NCBI GenBank assembly: GCA_937900255.1
Contig: CALCDZ010000002.1
Span: 9,655 to 73,654, forward strand
Length of the DNA stretch: 64,000 nt
DNA from: an uncultured bacterium
GTDB taxonomy: Bacteria > Patescibacteriota > Patescibacteriia > SG8-24 > DYFX01
Direction of reading: 5' to 3'
Part shown: piece after piece, positions 47,924 through 59,142 of the stretch
Layout: every line of letters starts with the position of its first letter
Position numbering within the stretch: position 1 is the first letter of the stretch
The notes under the pieces: model-generated
Told to the model about the DNA's origin: nothing
Seen by the model: the letters and a program-made list of their open reading frames with translations, nothing else
Databases searched by the model: none
Translations under genes and position numbers: made by a program

Positions 47924-48235
47924 ATGCACATCAACCGCATCAAGGGCACCAACATGGAGCTGACCGAGGCCATCAAGGAGGCTGCCGCTTCCGAGCTGGC
48001 GACGTTGGACGCGCGACTCGAGCGCTGGGGCGAACCGGTCTCGGCCGACGTCGAGGTCGGCAAGACCACCAATCACCATCACAAGGGCGAGATCTTCCGC
48101 GCGGAAGTGAACCTGAGCATCCCCGGCAAGCTCCTGCGCGCGGAGGACGAGAACGAGGACCTCTACGTCGCCCTCAAGAACGTGGTCGATACGCTCGGAC
48201 GCGAACTGGAAAAGGAAAAGGGGATGAGGGGCTGA
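47924..48235 (+). CDS. hpf: Ribosome hibernation promoting factor (RaiA/HPF, short form)
   Basis: MHINRIKGTNMELTEAIKEAA...EDLYVALKNVVDTLGRELEK. Directly upstream of secA, as in many bacteria. Confidence 0.85.
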   Translation: MHINRIKGTNMELTEAIKEAAASELATLDARLERWGEPVSADVEVGKTTNHHHKGEIFRAEVNLSIPGKLLRAEDENEDLYVALKNVVDTLGRELEKEKGMRG

Positions 48236-48239
48236 CGCC

Positions 48240-50976
<2,737 letters not shown>

Positions 50977-50987
<11 letters not shown>

Positions 50988-51423
50988 TGCGTCTGCCGTC
51001 CGGCAACAGGTCATGACGCCGAAAGTCGGCGTCATGGTCCTGCTGTTCAAGGAAGGCAAGGTGCTGCTGGGCAAGCGGAAGAAGGACGACGGCACGCTCG
51101 GGATGTACGGCACCCCTGGCGGGCTTTTGGAATATCTGGAGACGTTTTCGGAGGGCGCGGCGCGGGAGCTGATGGAAGAGACGGGGTTGGTGGCGGGGGA
51201 GTTCACGCCGCTGTGCGTCACGAACGTGCGGCAGCTCGCGCCGGCGCATTTCGTGATGGTGACGCTCAGGGCCGACTGGAAAGGCGGCGAACCGGAGAAC
51301 CGCGAACCGGACAAATGCGAAGGTTGGGAATGGTTCCCGGTCGATGCCCCGCCGGCGTCGATGACGCCCGCGACCGAAAGCAGCGTCCGCGCGGCCCGCG
51401 AGGGACGGATGCTGTATGAATGA
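50977..51423 (+). CDS. NUDIX hydrolase
   Basis: Nudix box GGLLEYLETFSEGAARELMEETGL (GX5EX7REUXEEXGU). Start overlaps the secA stop. Could alternatively start at MTPKVG. Confidence 0.65.
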
Positions 51424-52033
51424 AGGACGCATCATCGCCGTGGTCGGCACCATCGCCTCGGGAAAAAGCACGCTGGTCAGGCAGTTCGCCGACCGGTATG
51501 GCGCGGAAGCATTTTACGAGGGCGAGAGCGCCGACTTCCCGGAGCGCATCAAGGAAAACCTCCGCTTGAAGACGAACGGTCTCCAGACCGAGCTGTACTT
51601 CTTTTCGCAGACCGTCATCCAGTACGCCCAGGCCGAACGGTTGCGCATGGAAGGCAAGACCGCCGTGTTGGACACCTACTGGAAGACCAACGATTTTTAC
51701 CTCGATGCCGTCGTGCCGGATCCGTTCGACCGGGAGCTCTTCCGACGCTTCATGGCTTCCGTCGCCGAGCGGTTCCGCGCGCCGGACGTGACGATCTTCC
51801 TCGACCCGCCCGATACGGTCATCGCCGAACGCATCAAGCGGCGCGGTCGCGCGTTCGAGATGGACGCCTTGCCGACGGCGCGCGAAGTCGCACGCGCGCA
51901 CCGCCATCATTACGCCCAGGAGGCGAGCCGAGGCGCGGCGCCTCTCTTGATCGTCAGGGATGGGTCCTGCGACCTGGAGGCGCTGGCGGCGGCCTTGCAC
52001 CTTGAACCCGCCCTGCCTGCGGCCGCCGCTTGA
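51416..52033 (+). CDS. Deoxynucleoside kinase-like P-loop kinase
   Basis: IAVVGTIASGKSTLV Walker A, and a dNK-like LDTYWKTNDFY / LDPPD region. 205 aa. Confidence 0.6.
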   Translation: MNEGRIIAVVGTIASGKSTLVRQFADRYGAEAFYEGESADFPERIKENLRLKTNGLQTELYFFSQTVIQYAQAERLRMEGKTAVLDTYWKTNDFYLDAVVPDPFDRELFRRFMASVAERFRAPDVTIFLDPPDTVIAERIKRRGRAFEMDALPTAREVARAHRHHYAQEASRGAAPLLIVRDGSCDLEALAAALHLEPALPAAAA

Positions 52034-52104
52034 CGCGATTGGCCGCGCTCCGGTCCCGATGGTAAAATCCCGCCATCGGATTTTATCCCCACCCTCACGC
52101 CCCT

Positions 52105-52524
52105 ATGCCAAGCCTGGAAGAAGTCTACGGCCGTTTGCGCGCAAAAAAGCGGGAAAAGAGCGAGATCCAGAAGGCTTTCAAGGACGAGCTGGTCAATAAC
52201 CCTCGCTACCAGCAGGTCTCCGAGCAGCTCAAGACGCTGAAGGAGGAGAAGAAGTCGATCGAGAACCAAGCCTGGGCCAGCGCTTCGGCTGACGCCCAGA
52301 AGCTCGACCTCCTGACGCTCGACATCGAGTCGGACAAGGAGATGCTTTCCGATATGGCCCTGAACATGTACACCAAGGGCCAGACGGTCGAGATCGTCGA
52401 CGAGCACAACACCCGCTGGCTTCCGAAGTTTTCGGTCTCATTCAAGAAAGACGACGTGCTGCAGGAGGAGCGCACGTCGGCTGCCGCCGCGGTTCCGGTC
52501 CCGGAACCTGATTTCGCGGCTTGA
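52105..52524 (+). CDS. Hypothetical protein
   Basis: 139 aa. Charged coiled-coil-like N-terminus. No recognisable family. Confidence 0.45.
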   Translation: MPSLEEVYGRLRAKKREKSEIQKAFKDELVNNPRYQQVSEQLKTLKEEKKSIENQAWASASADAQKLDLLTLDIESDKEMLSDMALNMYTKGQTVEIVDEHNTRWLPKFSVSFKKDDVLQEERTSAAAAVPVPEPDFAA

Positions 52525-52537
52525 CGCGCTCCTCCCT

Positions 52538-53179
52538 ATGGACGAGAAGGCAATCCAGAGATTGAACACGGCCATTTCGGTGGTGTTCATCGTCGCGGCC
52601 GCCGCGCTCTTCATCATCGCTCTCAGGCACCGCGGCTCGGGCGCTCCGACCCCCGCGCCTCAAGCGGCGACCGGCACTCCGGAGACGGCCGCCTTCGACG
52701 ACCTGGCAGGCATGCGGCAGCTGCAGCTCGCCAAAGGTTTCGCCAGCTGGACTCCGGATGCCAAGATCGACGAGGGGAAGACGCGAGCGCTTTCGCTCGC
52801 CGTCAAGGGTCAGGTCGCCAAGGCGTATCTGGGCGTGAGCGCGTCGGTCGCCGGAAAGCCGCTCACGAAATACGAGAGCGTCTTCGTCAAGTTCAATGAC
52901 GTCGGCGGACACCTGTTCCGCCCGCGAAGCCTGAAGACCCCGGACGATGCCGGTCCGACCCGCCTTCTCTACGACCTGAACGAGCTTCCGGTCCTTCCGA
53001 GCGTGCCTTACGACGAGACGCGGAAGCCCACGACGGCCGTTCCATACGCCCTGTTCAAAGACGGCCGGTCCGTCAGGTTGACGGCATTCATCTCGTCCCT
53101 CCGCCCCGCGCTGCTCGAGGACCTGTCGATTTCCTACGTCTGCGCCGAGGGATCGGACTGCGCCATCGCCGCGAAGTGA
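52538..53179 (+). CDS. Hypothetical membrane-anchored/secreted protein
   Basis: N-terminal TM/signal anchor AISVVFIVAAAALFIIAL. 213 aa. Confidence 0.45.
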   Translation: MDEKAIQRLNTAISVVFIVAAAALFIIALRHRGSGAPTPAPQAATGTPETAAFDDLAGMRQLQLAKGFASWTPDAKIDEGKTRALSLAVKGQVAKAYLGVSASVAGKPLTKYESVFVKFNDVGGHLFRPRSLKTPDDAGPTRLLYDLNELPVLPSVPYDETRKPTTAVPYALFKDGRSVRLTAFISSLRPALLEDLSISYVCAEGSDCAIAAK

Positions 53180-53188
53180 TCGGGAAGA

Positions 53189-53220
53189 CGAAACCGCCTG
53201 TCGGCGGTTTTGCGTTTTTC
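53189..53220 (+). terminator. Rho-independent terminator
   Basis: AAACCGCC-tgtc-GGCGGTTTT followed by GCGTTTTT. Confidence 0.7.
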
Positions 53221-53260
53221 TCGGCTATCCGTCTAAGATGGCCACGACCTTCAAACAGGA

Positions 53261-53995
53261 GTGAAAATGGAACCGACGCTCTTTGACAGGCGTTCAAAAG
53301 CGCTTCTCGACCGTTTCGATCACGGGCAGCAACGCGCGCGGCGCGCAGAGCGGCCGTTCATGGTCGAATTGCTTGGAACTTCCAATTCCGGCAAGACGAC
53401 GTTGATGGATCGCCTTTATACGGAATTCAAGGGGATGGGGTACCAGGTGGCCAAGGTGCCGGAAGGGGCGGAGGTGATACCGCCGCCGCGCATGTTGCCG
53501 GTCTACAACCTCGAGACCGGCGACTATGCCGTGGGCAGGGCCCGCCGTCTCGCTTACGACAGGAACATCCATCTGGCGATTTTCGACCGCGCGATTTTCG
53601 ATACGGCGGTGTGGCTGGAGATATACCGTACCAGAGGCCTCATCAGCGAGGAGGAGCACGACGCGTTTTCACGGACGTATCTCAGCCGTTTCAACCGCGA
53701 GCTGTTCGACCTGCACGTCTTCCTCGTCTGCGGTCCGGAGAAGGCGCTGGCACGCAAGTACGGCGGGGAAGGATACGCCGCACGCGAAGCGCGTGGAGAG
53801 GTGGCGTATGGGAAGACCACGAACCCCGCCGCCTTGGCGGCATCTCTTGCCGCGCACGAGACCGTCTGGAACCGTCATGGATCCGATCCGCGCCTGTTCT
53901 GGGTCGATACGACCGAACTGGATGCCGGGGGCGTCGCCGAGCATGTATTTGAAGCCTGCCTGCAGGCTTTCGAACGCCGGCTCATGAGTCCCTGA
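53261..53995 (+). CDS. P-loop nucleoside/nucleotide kinase-like protein (dNK/thymidylate-kinase-like fold)
   Basis: LLGTSNSGKTTLMDRL Walker A. DRAIFDTAVW region resembles the dNK ERS/DRY region. 244 aa. Confidence 0.55.
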   Translation: MKMEPTLFDRRSKALLDRFDHGQQRARRAERPFMVELLGTSNSGKTTLMDRLYTEFKGMGYQVAKVPEGAEVIPPPRMLPVYNLETGDYAVGRARRLAYDRNIHLAIFDRAIFDTAVWLEIYRTRGLISEEEHDAFSRTYLSRFNRELFDLHVFLVCGPEKALARKYGGEGYAAREARGEVAYGKTTNPAALAASLAAHETVWNRHGSDPRLFWVDTTELDAGGVAEHVFEACLQAFERRLMSP

Positions 53996-53998
53996 GCG

Positions 53999-54030
53999 CC
54001 GTGCTTCCTTAGCACGGCTTTTTTTGTTAC
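53999..54030 (+). terminator. Rho-independent terminator
   Basis: GCCGTGCT-tcctta-AGCACGGC followed by TTTTTTT. Confidence 0.7.
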
Positions 54031-54041
54031 GGTGCGATGGC

Positions 54042-54635
54042 ATGACTCTCCCGCGCATCGGCATCGATTTCGACGGCGTCATCATCGACCACCGCCCGCA
54101 TAAGCTGCGGTTGGCCGAAGCGTTGGGATTCGTCCTTGAACCGTGGCAGACGAACGCGAACGTCATGGAAAGGCATCTCGAGGACGACAGCTACCGCTCG
54201 GTCCAGAAATCGCTGTATGGCGAGCTGACGGTACAGGCTCCTCCGGTCAAGGATGCGCTGGAAACGCTCGCGCGCTTGCCGGCAGAGCTTTATGTCATTT
54301 CCGCGCGCCGGCCCGAGAACGTCGCTTCGGCCCGCAGCTGGATGGCGAAGCATCGTCTGCATGATATCGTGCCGGAAGATCGCGTCATCTTCTGCTCCTC
54401 CGGCAAGGATAAGCGCGAGCATGTCGAGCGGCTCGGCATCTCGATCTTCCTTGACGACAAGATCGCGTACCTCGATTTCCTTCCGGAGCGGGTGCGGCGC
54501 GTGCTGTTCGACGAGGATGACGTCATGGCGCGTCTGGCCGTCCCGCCGCAGATGGAAACCGCCGCGTCCTGGCCGGAGTTCGAACTCCTGGTTTCCGGGG
54601 GCGAAAGGGAACCGACCCGACGATCCGGGGCATGA
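54042..54635 (+). CDS. HAD-superfamily hydrolase (5'(3')-deoxyribonucleotidase-like)
   Basis: IGIDFDGVI matches HAD motif I (DxDGV). Start could be ATG 54024. Confidence 0.6.
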   Translation: MTLPRIGIDFDGVIIDHRPHKLRLAEALGFVLEPWQTNANVMERHLEDDSYRSVQKSLYGELTVQAPPVKDALETLARLPAELYVISARRPENVASARSWMAKHRLHDIVPEDRVIFCSSGKDKREHVERLGISIFLDDKIAYLDFLPERVRRVLFDEDDVMARLAVPPQMETAASWPEFELLVSGGEREPTRRSGA

Positions 54636-54732
54636 AGCGCGACATTGCCTTTTTCCGGCGGCTTCTTTATACTTCCACCGTATTGTGGATGGACCGGACT
54701 TTTCTTTCTGACTTGAACACCGAAATTCCCGT

Positions 54733-56802
54733 ATGACACAGCGCAGCGGACGATCGTTTTTTCACTACCTTACGGTCCCGTTCATCTGGATCGGCAAGGG
54801 ATTGGCGGGCCTCGCAAAACCGACGCCCAGGGGCAGGACCCGCTGGTCGGTTTTCGTCGTGATCGCCGTGGCCGTCTTGGCCGGTTTCCTTGCCTATCCG
54901 CAGGCTTGGGATAAGGGCGCCGACGCCTGGAACGCCAAGGTCGTCACGGCCGCGAAACTGCCGAGCGCCTTCAAAGTCCCGCATTTCAAGAACATCGCTT
55001 ATCGCCTCGGACTCGATCTGCAGGGAGGGACGTATCTGGTCTACGAAGCGGACACGAAGGAGATTCCCGAATCGGAGCGCGCCACGGCGCTCGACGGCGT
55101 GCGCGACGTCATCGAACGCCGCGTGAACGCCTTCGGCGTCTCCGAACCGGTCGTCCAGACCAACAAGGCCGGAGCGTCTTGGCGCATCGTCGTCGAGCTG
55201 GCCGGCGTGAAAGATATCTCCCAGGCGATCCAGATGATCGGAGAGACGCCGATCCTCGAGTTCAAGGAAGAAAATCAGGCGAGCGCGGTTCCTTTGACGC
55301 CGGACCAGCAGAAGGCGCTGGATGCCAAGAATGCCGACGTGAAGAAGCAGGCTGCCGATGCGCTGCGCAAAGCCCAGTCGAACCCGTCCGACCCCGCCCT
55401 CTCTTGGGAGAAGCTCGGCCTCGTCGAGCAGGCGTCGCAGCCCGCCCTTTGGAAGTGGGCTGACGCTCACAAAACCTCGAAGCTCGCCTGGGAAACGGTC
55501 GACGACGGCCAGGAACTGAACGTCCTGCGCATCAATGGCCGTGACGATAGCCAGAAGGAGCTTCGTGCAAGCCATATCCTGATCTGCTTCAAGGGCGCGC
55601 AGGGCTGCAGCGAAGAAACGACCAAGGAGGCGGCACTCGCGCAGATCACCAAACTCCGGAGCGATTTGACGCAGAAGAATTTCGGAGAAAAGGCCAAGGC
55701 GTTTTCGACTGATGGTTCGGCCAAGGAGAATGCTGGCGATCTGGGCTGGTTCGGTCCGAACGCGATGGTCAAGGCGTTCGAGGATGGCGCGTCCGCGCTC
55801 AAGGTCGGGGAGATTTCCCAGCCCGTCGAATCGCCTTTCGGCTATCACCTCATCCTCAAGACGGGGGAGAGGCCGATGGTGCGTTATGACCTCGACCGCA
55901 TCGCCTTCAAGAAGGCGACGGCGGAAGACGTGCGCCCCGCGCCCGATCAGTGGAAGAACACCGGGTTGTCCGGCAAGGACGTCCAGCACGCCCAGGTCGA
56001 ATTCGACTCGACGTCCGGACGGCCTCAGGTCCTCCTCGCCTTCAACGATGAAGGGAAGAAGATGTTCGGGGAGATCACCAAGCGGAATGTCGGCAAGCTC
56101 GTGGCCATCTTCCTGGACGGCCAGCCCATCTCGATTCCGCGCGTCCAGCAGGAAATCAGCGACGGGAACGCCGTCATTTCCGGCACGTTCGACTTCAAGG
56201 AAGCGAAGCTGCTTGCGCAGCGATTGAATGCGGGCGCGCTGCCGGTACCCATCAAGCTGCTCTCGCGGCAGACGATCGGGGCTTCCCTCGGGCAGGACTC
56301 CCTGCAGAAGAGCCTGTATGCGGGTTCTCTCGGTTTCCTGATCGTGGTCGTGTTCATGATCCTCTACTACCGGCTCCCTGGCCTCCTGGCCTCGCTGGCC
56401 TTGGCCATGTATACGGCTTTCACGCTGGCTGCCTTCAAGCTGCTCGGCATCACCCTCACCCTCTCCGGCATCGCCGGCGTGATCCTCTCGATCGGCATGG
56501 CGGTCGATGCCAACATCCTGATCTTCGAGCGCATGAAGGAAGAGGGCAAGAACGGCCATCCGCTCGAATCGGCCGTCACCGAAGGCTTCAAACGCGCCTG
56601 GATGTCCATCAGGGACTCCAACGTCTCATCGCTGCTCACCTGCGCCATCCTGTACGGCTTCACCTCGAGTTCCGTGCGCGGCTTCGCGGTGACGCTGGCC
56701 ATCGGCATCCTGATCTCGATGTTCTCGGCCATCACCGTGACGCGTTCCTTGCTGCGCCTCGTCGCGCCCTGGGTGTCCAAACATCGCTGGCTGTTCAAAT
56801 AA
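54733..56802 (+). CDS. secD: Protein translocase subunit SecD with inserted parvulin-type (PpiC) PPIase domain
   Basis: 689 aa. N-terminal TM, then periplasmic P1 domain. Residues about 265-380 (SHILICFKG...GDLGWFGPNAMVKAFEDGA...GYHLILKTG) match the rotamase/PpiC signature. C-terminal 6-TM SecD core. Confidence 0.85.
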   Translation: MTQRSGRSFFHYLTVPFIWIGKGLAGLAKPTPRGRTRWSVFVVIAVAVLAGFLAYPQAWDKGADAWNAKVVTAAKLPSAFKVPHFKNIAYRLGLDLQGGTYLVYEADTKEIPESERATALDGVRDVIERRVNAFGVSEPVVQTNKAGASWRIVVELAGVKDISQAIQMIGETPILEFKEENQASAVPLTPDQQKALDAKNADVKKQAADALRKAQSNPSDPALSWEKLGLVEQASQPALWKWADAHKTSKLAWETVDDGQELNVLRINGRDDSQKELRASHILICFKGAQGCSEETTKEAALAQITKLRSDLTQKNFGEKAKAFSTDGSAKENAGDLGWFGPNAMVKAFEDGASALKVGEISQPVESPFGYHLILKTGERPMVRYDLDRIAFKKATAEDVRPAPDQWKNTGLSGKDVQHAQVEFDSTSGRPQVLLAFNDEGKKMFGEITKRNVGKLVAIFLDGQPISIPRVQQEISDGNAVISGTFDFKEAKLLAQRLNAGALPVPIKLLSRQTIGASLGQDSLQKSLYAGSLGFLIVVVFMILYYRLPGLLASLALAMYTAFTLAAFKLLGITLTLSGIAGVILSIGMAVDANILIFERMKEEGKNGHPLESAVTEGFKRAWMSIRDSNVSSLLTCAILYGFTSSSVRGFAVTLAIGILISMFSAITVTRSLLRLVAPWVSKHRWLFK

Positions 56803-56803
56803 T

Positions 56804-57718
56804 ATGTTGCGCATCACCCAACACCGCCGCGTCTTCTACGTATTCTCGGGCATCCTCATGGCCGCGTCCCTGGCGGCATGGCTTCTCTGGGGACTCAAGC
56901 CTGGCATCGATTTCACCGGCGGCTCGATGATGGAAATCGAGTTTTCCAAAGGGCGTCCGACGGTCGCTGAGGTCTCCTCGGCAGCCAGCGCTTCCATCGG
57001 CTCCAAGGAAACGGGGGTCCAGCCGCTCGGCGAGAGCAGCATGGTCCTGCGCATGCCTCCGCTCGAGGAAACCGCGCATCGCAAGCTCTCCGCCGACCTC
57101 AAGGCGGCTTTCGAGAAGGACGGCGACACCCTGACGGAAAAGCGTTTCGAATCCATCGGTCCGGTCATCGGAGAAGAACTCCGCAAGAATACCGTCTACG
57201 CCGTCGTCGCTGCCATCTTGGCGATCGTGTTCTATATCACCTACGTCTTCAGGAAGGTCTCCTATCCGGTCGCTTCCTGGAAATACGGCGTCAGCACGAT
57301 CGTGGCGCTTTGCCATGACGTGGTGATACCGGTCGGCGTCTTTTCCGCCCTCGGGCATTTCATGGGAGTGGAAGTCGGCGCCTGGGTCGTCACGGCGCTC
57401 CTGACCGTCCTCGGTTTCTCGGTGCATGACACCATTGTGGTGTTCGACCGCATCCGCGAGAACCTTTCGCACGCGCATCGCGAAGGGTTCGAAGAGGTCG
57501 TGAACCGCAGCATGAACGAGACGATCGGCCGTTCCGTCAATACGTCGCTCACGGTGCTCCTCGTGCTGATCGTCACGTACGTCTTCGGGGGGGAATCCAT
57601 CAAGGACTTCATCCTGACCATGATCATCGGCATCGCCGCCGGCACCTACTCTTCCATCTTCGTGGCCAGCCCGCTCCTCGTGAGCTGGCAGCTTCGGGAC
57701 GAGCGCGCCCGGCGCTAG
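56804..57718 (+). CDS. secF: Protein translocase subunit SecF
   Basis: 304 aa. Starts 1 nt after secD. SecF TM core. Confidence 0.85.
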   Translation: MLRITQHRRVFYVFSGILMAASLAAWLLWGLKPGIDFTGGSMMEIEFSKGRPTVAEVSSAASASIGSKETGVQPLGESSMVLRMPPLEETAHRKLSADLKAAFEKDGDTLTEKRFESIGPVIGEELRKNTVYAVVAAILAIVFYITYVFRKVSYPVASWKYGVSTIVALCHDVVIPVGVFSALGHFMGVEVGAWVVTALLTVLGFSVHDTIVVFDRIRENLSHAHREGFEEVVNRSMNETIGRSVNTSLTVLLVLIVTYVFGGESIKDFILTMIIGIAAGTYSSIFVASPLLVSWQLRDERARR

Positions 57719-57756
57719 ACGGCTCCGGAAAGCCCTTCCTGCCCGGCCGAAAACAT

Positions 57757-57796
57757 GCTACGCTTCCGTCGAAATGCGGAAGCGTAGTTTTTTCCT
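57757..57796 (+). terminator. Rho-independent terminator after secF
   Basis: CTACGCTTCCG-tcgaaat-GCGGAAGCGTAG followed by TTTTTTCC. Confidence 0.7.
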
Positions 57797-59137
57797 GTGG
57801 ACTTCCCCCAAATCGTCATCAATCTCTCCGGACTCTACGGATTGCTGGAAAAGCCCTTGCCGGAACTCTGGTGGACGGTTTTCGTATACGGAGGCTGGAT
57901 TCCGGTCGTCATCATCATGTGGAACGGCTTCAAGGAACTCTGGCTGCTCTCGAGGCAGGACAAATATGCCCCGACGATCCAGTACATCGTGCTGAGCGTC
58001 AGCATCCAGCGCCTGAACGAGCAGACGCCGAAGGCGATTGAGCACATGTTCACGCACCTGGCGGGAATCTACTCCTCGCCGAACTTCAAGGAGAAATGGT
58101 GGGTCGGCAAGTTCACGCCGTCATTCTCTTTCGAATACGCCTCGATCGACGGCTATACCCAGTTCATCATCCGGACGCCCGTCCAATACAGGGACCTGGT
58201 CGAGGCCTCGATCTTCTCCCAGCATCCGGATGCCGAAATCGTCGAAATCACCGATTACACGAAGAACGTCCCGCACGCGTACCCGGATCCGGAGTGGGAT
58301 TGCTGGGGGACCGAGTTCACGCTCGCCAAGGCCTCCGCGTATCCGTTGCGGACGTTTTCGGAGTTCGAACATGCCCTCTCCCAGGAACTGAAGGATCCGC
58401 TCTCTACGCTGCTCGAGACCCTTTCCCGCCTCAAGAAGGGGGAACAGGTCTGGATCCAGATCCTGGTCTCGCCGCGCGACCAGGACTGGGCCAAGGAATC
58501 GATCGCGCTCACCGACAAGCTCAAGGGACGCCCGCCCAAGAAGAAGGCGCCGCCGCTTTGGCAGCACGTCATAGAATCAGGCGTCGGGTTCGGGGTCACG
58601 GCCCTCAACCAGCTCGCCGGCGGCGGGGCTACGGGCGAAGCGAAGAAGCCTGAAAAGAAGGAGGACAACAAGGTCATGAACCTCTCGCCCGGAGAGCGGA
58701 AGATGCTCGAACAGATCGAGATCAAGGCATCCAAGATCGGTTTCGGGGTCAAGATCCGTTTCGTGTATGTCGGCAAGCGCGGCGTCTATCGCAAGGGGCC
58801 CGTCATCTCCATGATCAAGGGGGCCTTCGGCCTTTTCGGGTCGCTGGACGGCAACAGCTTCAAGAACTACGGGAAAGTCGCCCCGAAGTCGGACTATTTC
58901 TGGCAGCGCTGGTCTGCGGACAAGAAAAAGACCAAGATCATCAAGGCGTTCTCGAACCGCTCCTCGAGCGGTGCCGACCGCTTCGTCTTGAATGTGGAGG
59001 AACTCGCCAGCCTGTGGCACTTCCCGCAGGTCCAGACCAAGGCGCCGCTTCTCAAGAAGGTCGAATCGAGGAAGGTGGAACCGCCGTTCTCCCTGCCGGC
59101 GGTGCCCGACGAATTGCCGGGACTGCCTGACGCCTGA
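57797..59137 (+). CDS. Hypothetical membrane protein (N-terminal TM pair + large K-rich soluble domain)
   Basis: 446 aa. TM LWWTVFVYGGWIPVVIIMW. GTG start abuts the terminator T-tract with no SD, so the start is uncertain. Coding GC3 is good. Confidence 0.5.
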   Translation: MDFPQIVINLSGLYGLLEKPLPELWWTVFVYGGWIPVVIIMWNGFKELWLLSRQDKYAPTIQYIVLSVSIQRLNEQTPKAIEHMFTHLAGIYSSPNFKEKWWVGKFTPSFSFEYASIDGYTQFIIRTPVQYRDLVEASIFSQHPDAEIVEITDYTKNVPHAYPDPEWDCWGTEFTLAKASAYPLRTFSEFEHALSQELKDPLSTLLETLSRLKKGEQVWIQILVSPRDQDWAKESIALTDKLKGRPPKKKAPPLWQHVIESGVGFGVTALNQLAGGGATGEAKKPEKKEDNKVMNLSPGERKMLEQIEIKASKIGFGVKIRFVYVGKRGVYRKGPVISMIKGAFGLFGSLDGNSFKNYGKVAPKSDYFWQRWSADKKKTKIIKAFSNRSSSGADRFVLNVEELASLWHFPQVQTKAPLLKKVESRKVEPPFSLPAVPDELPGLPDA

Positions 59138-59142
59138 ACCCT

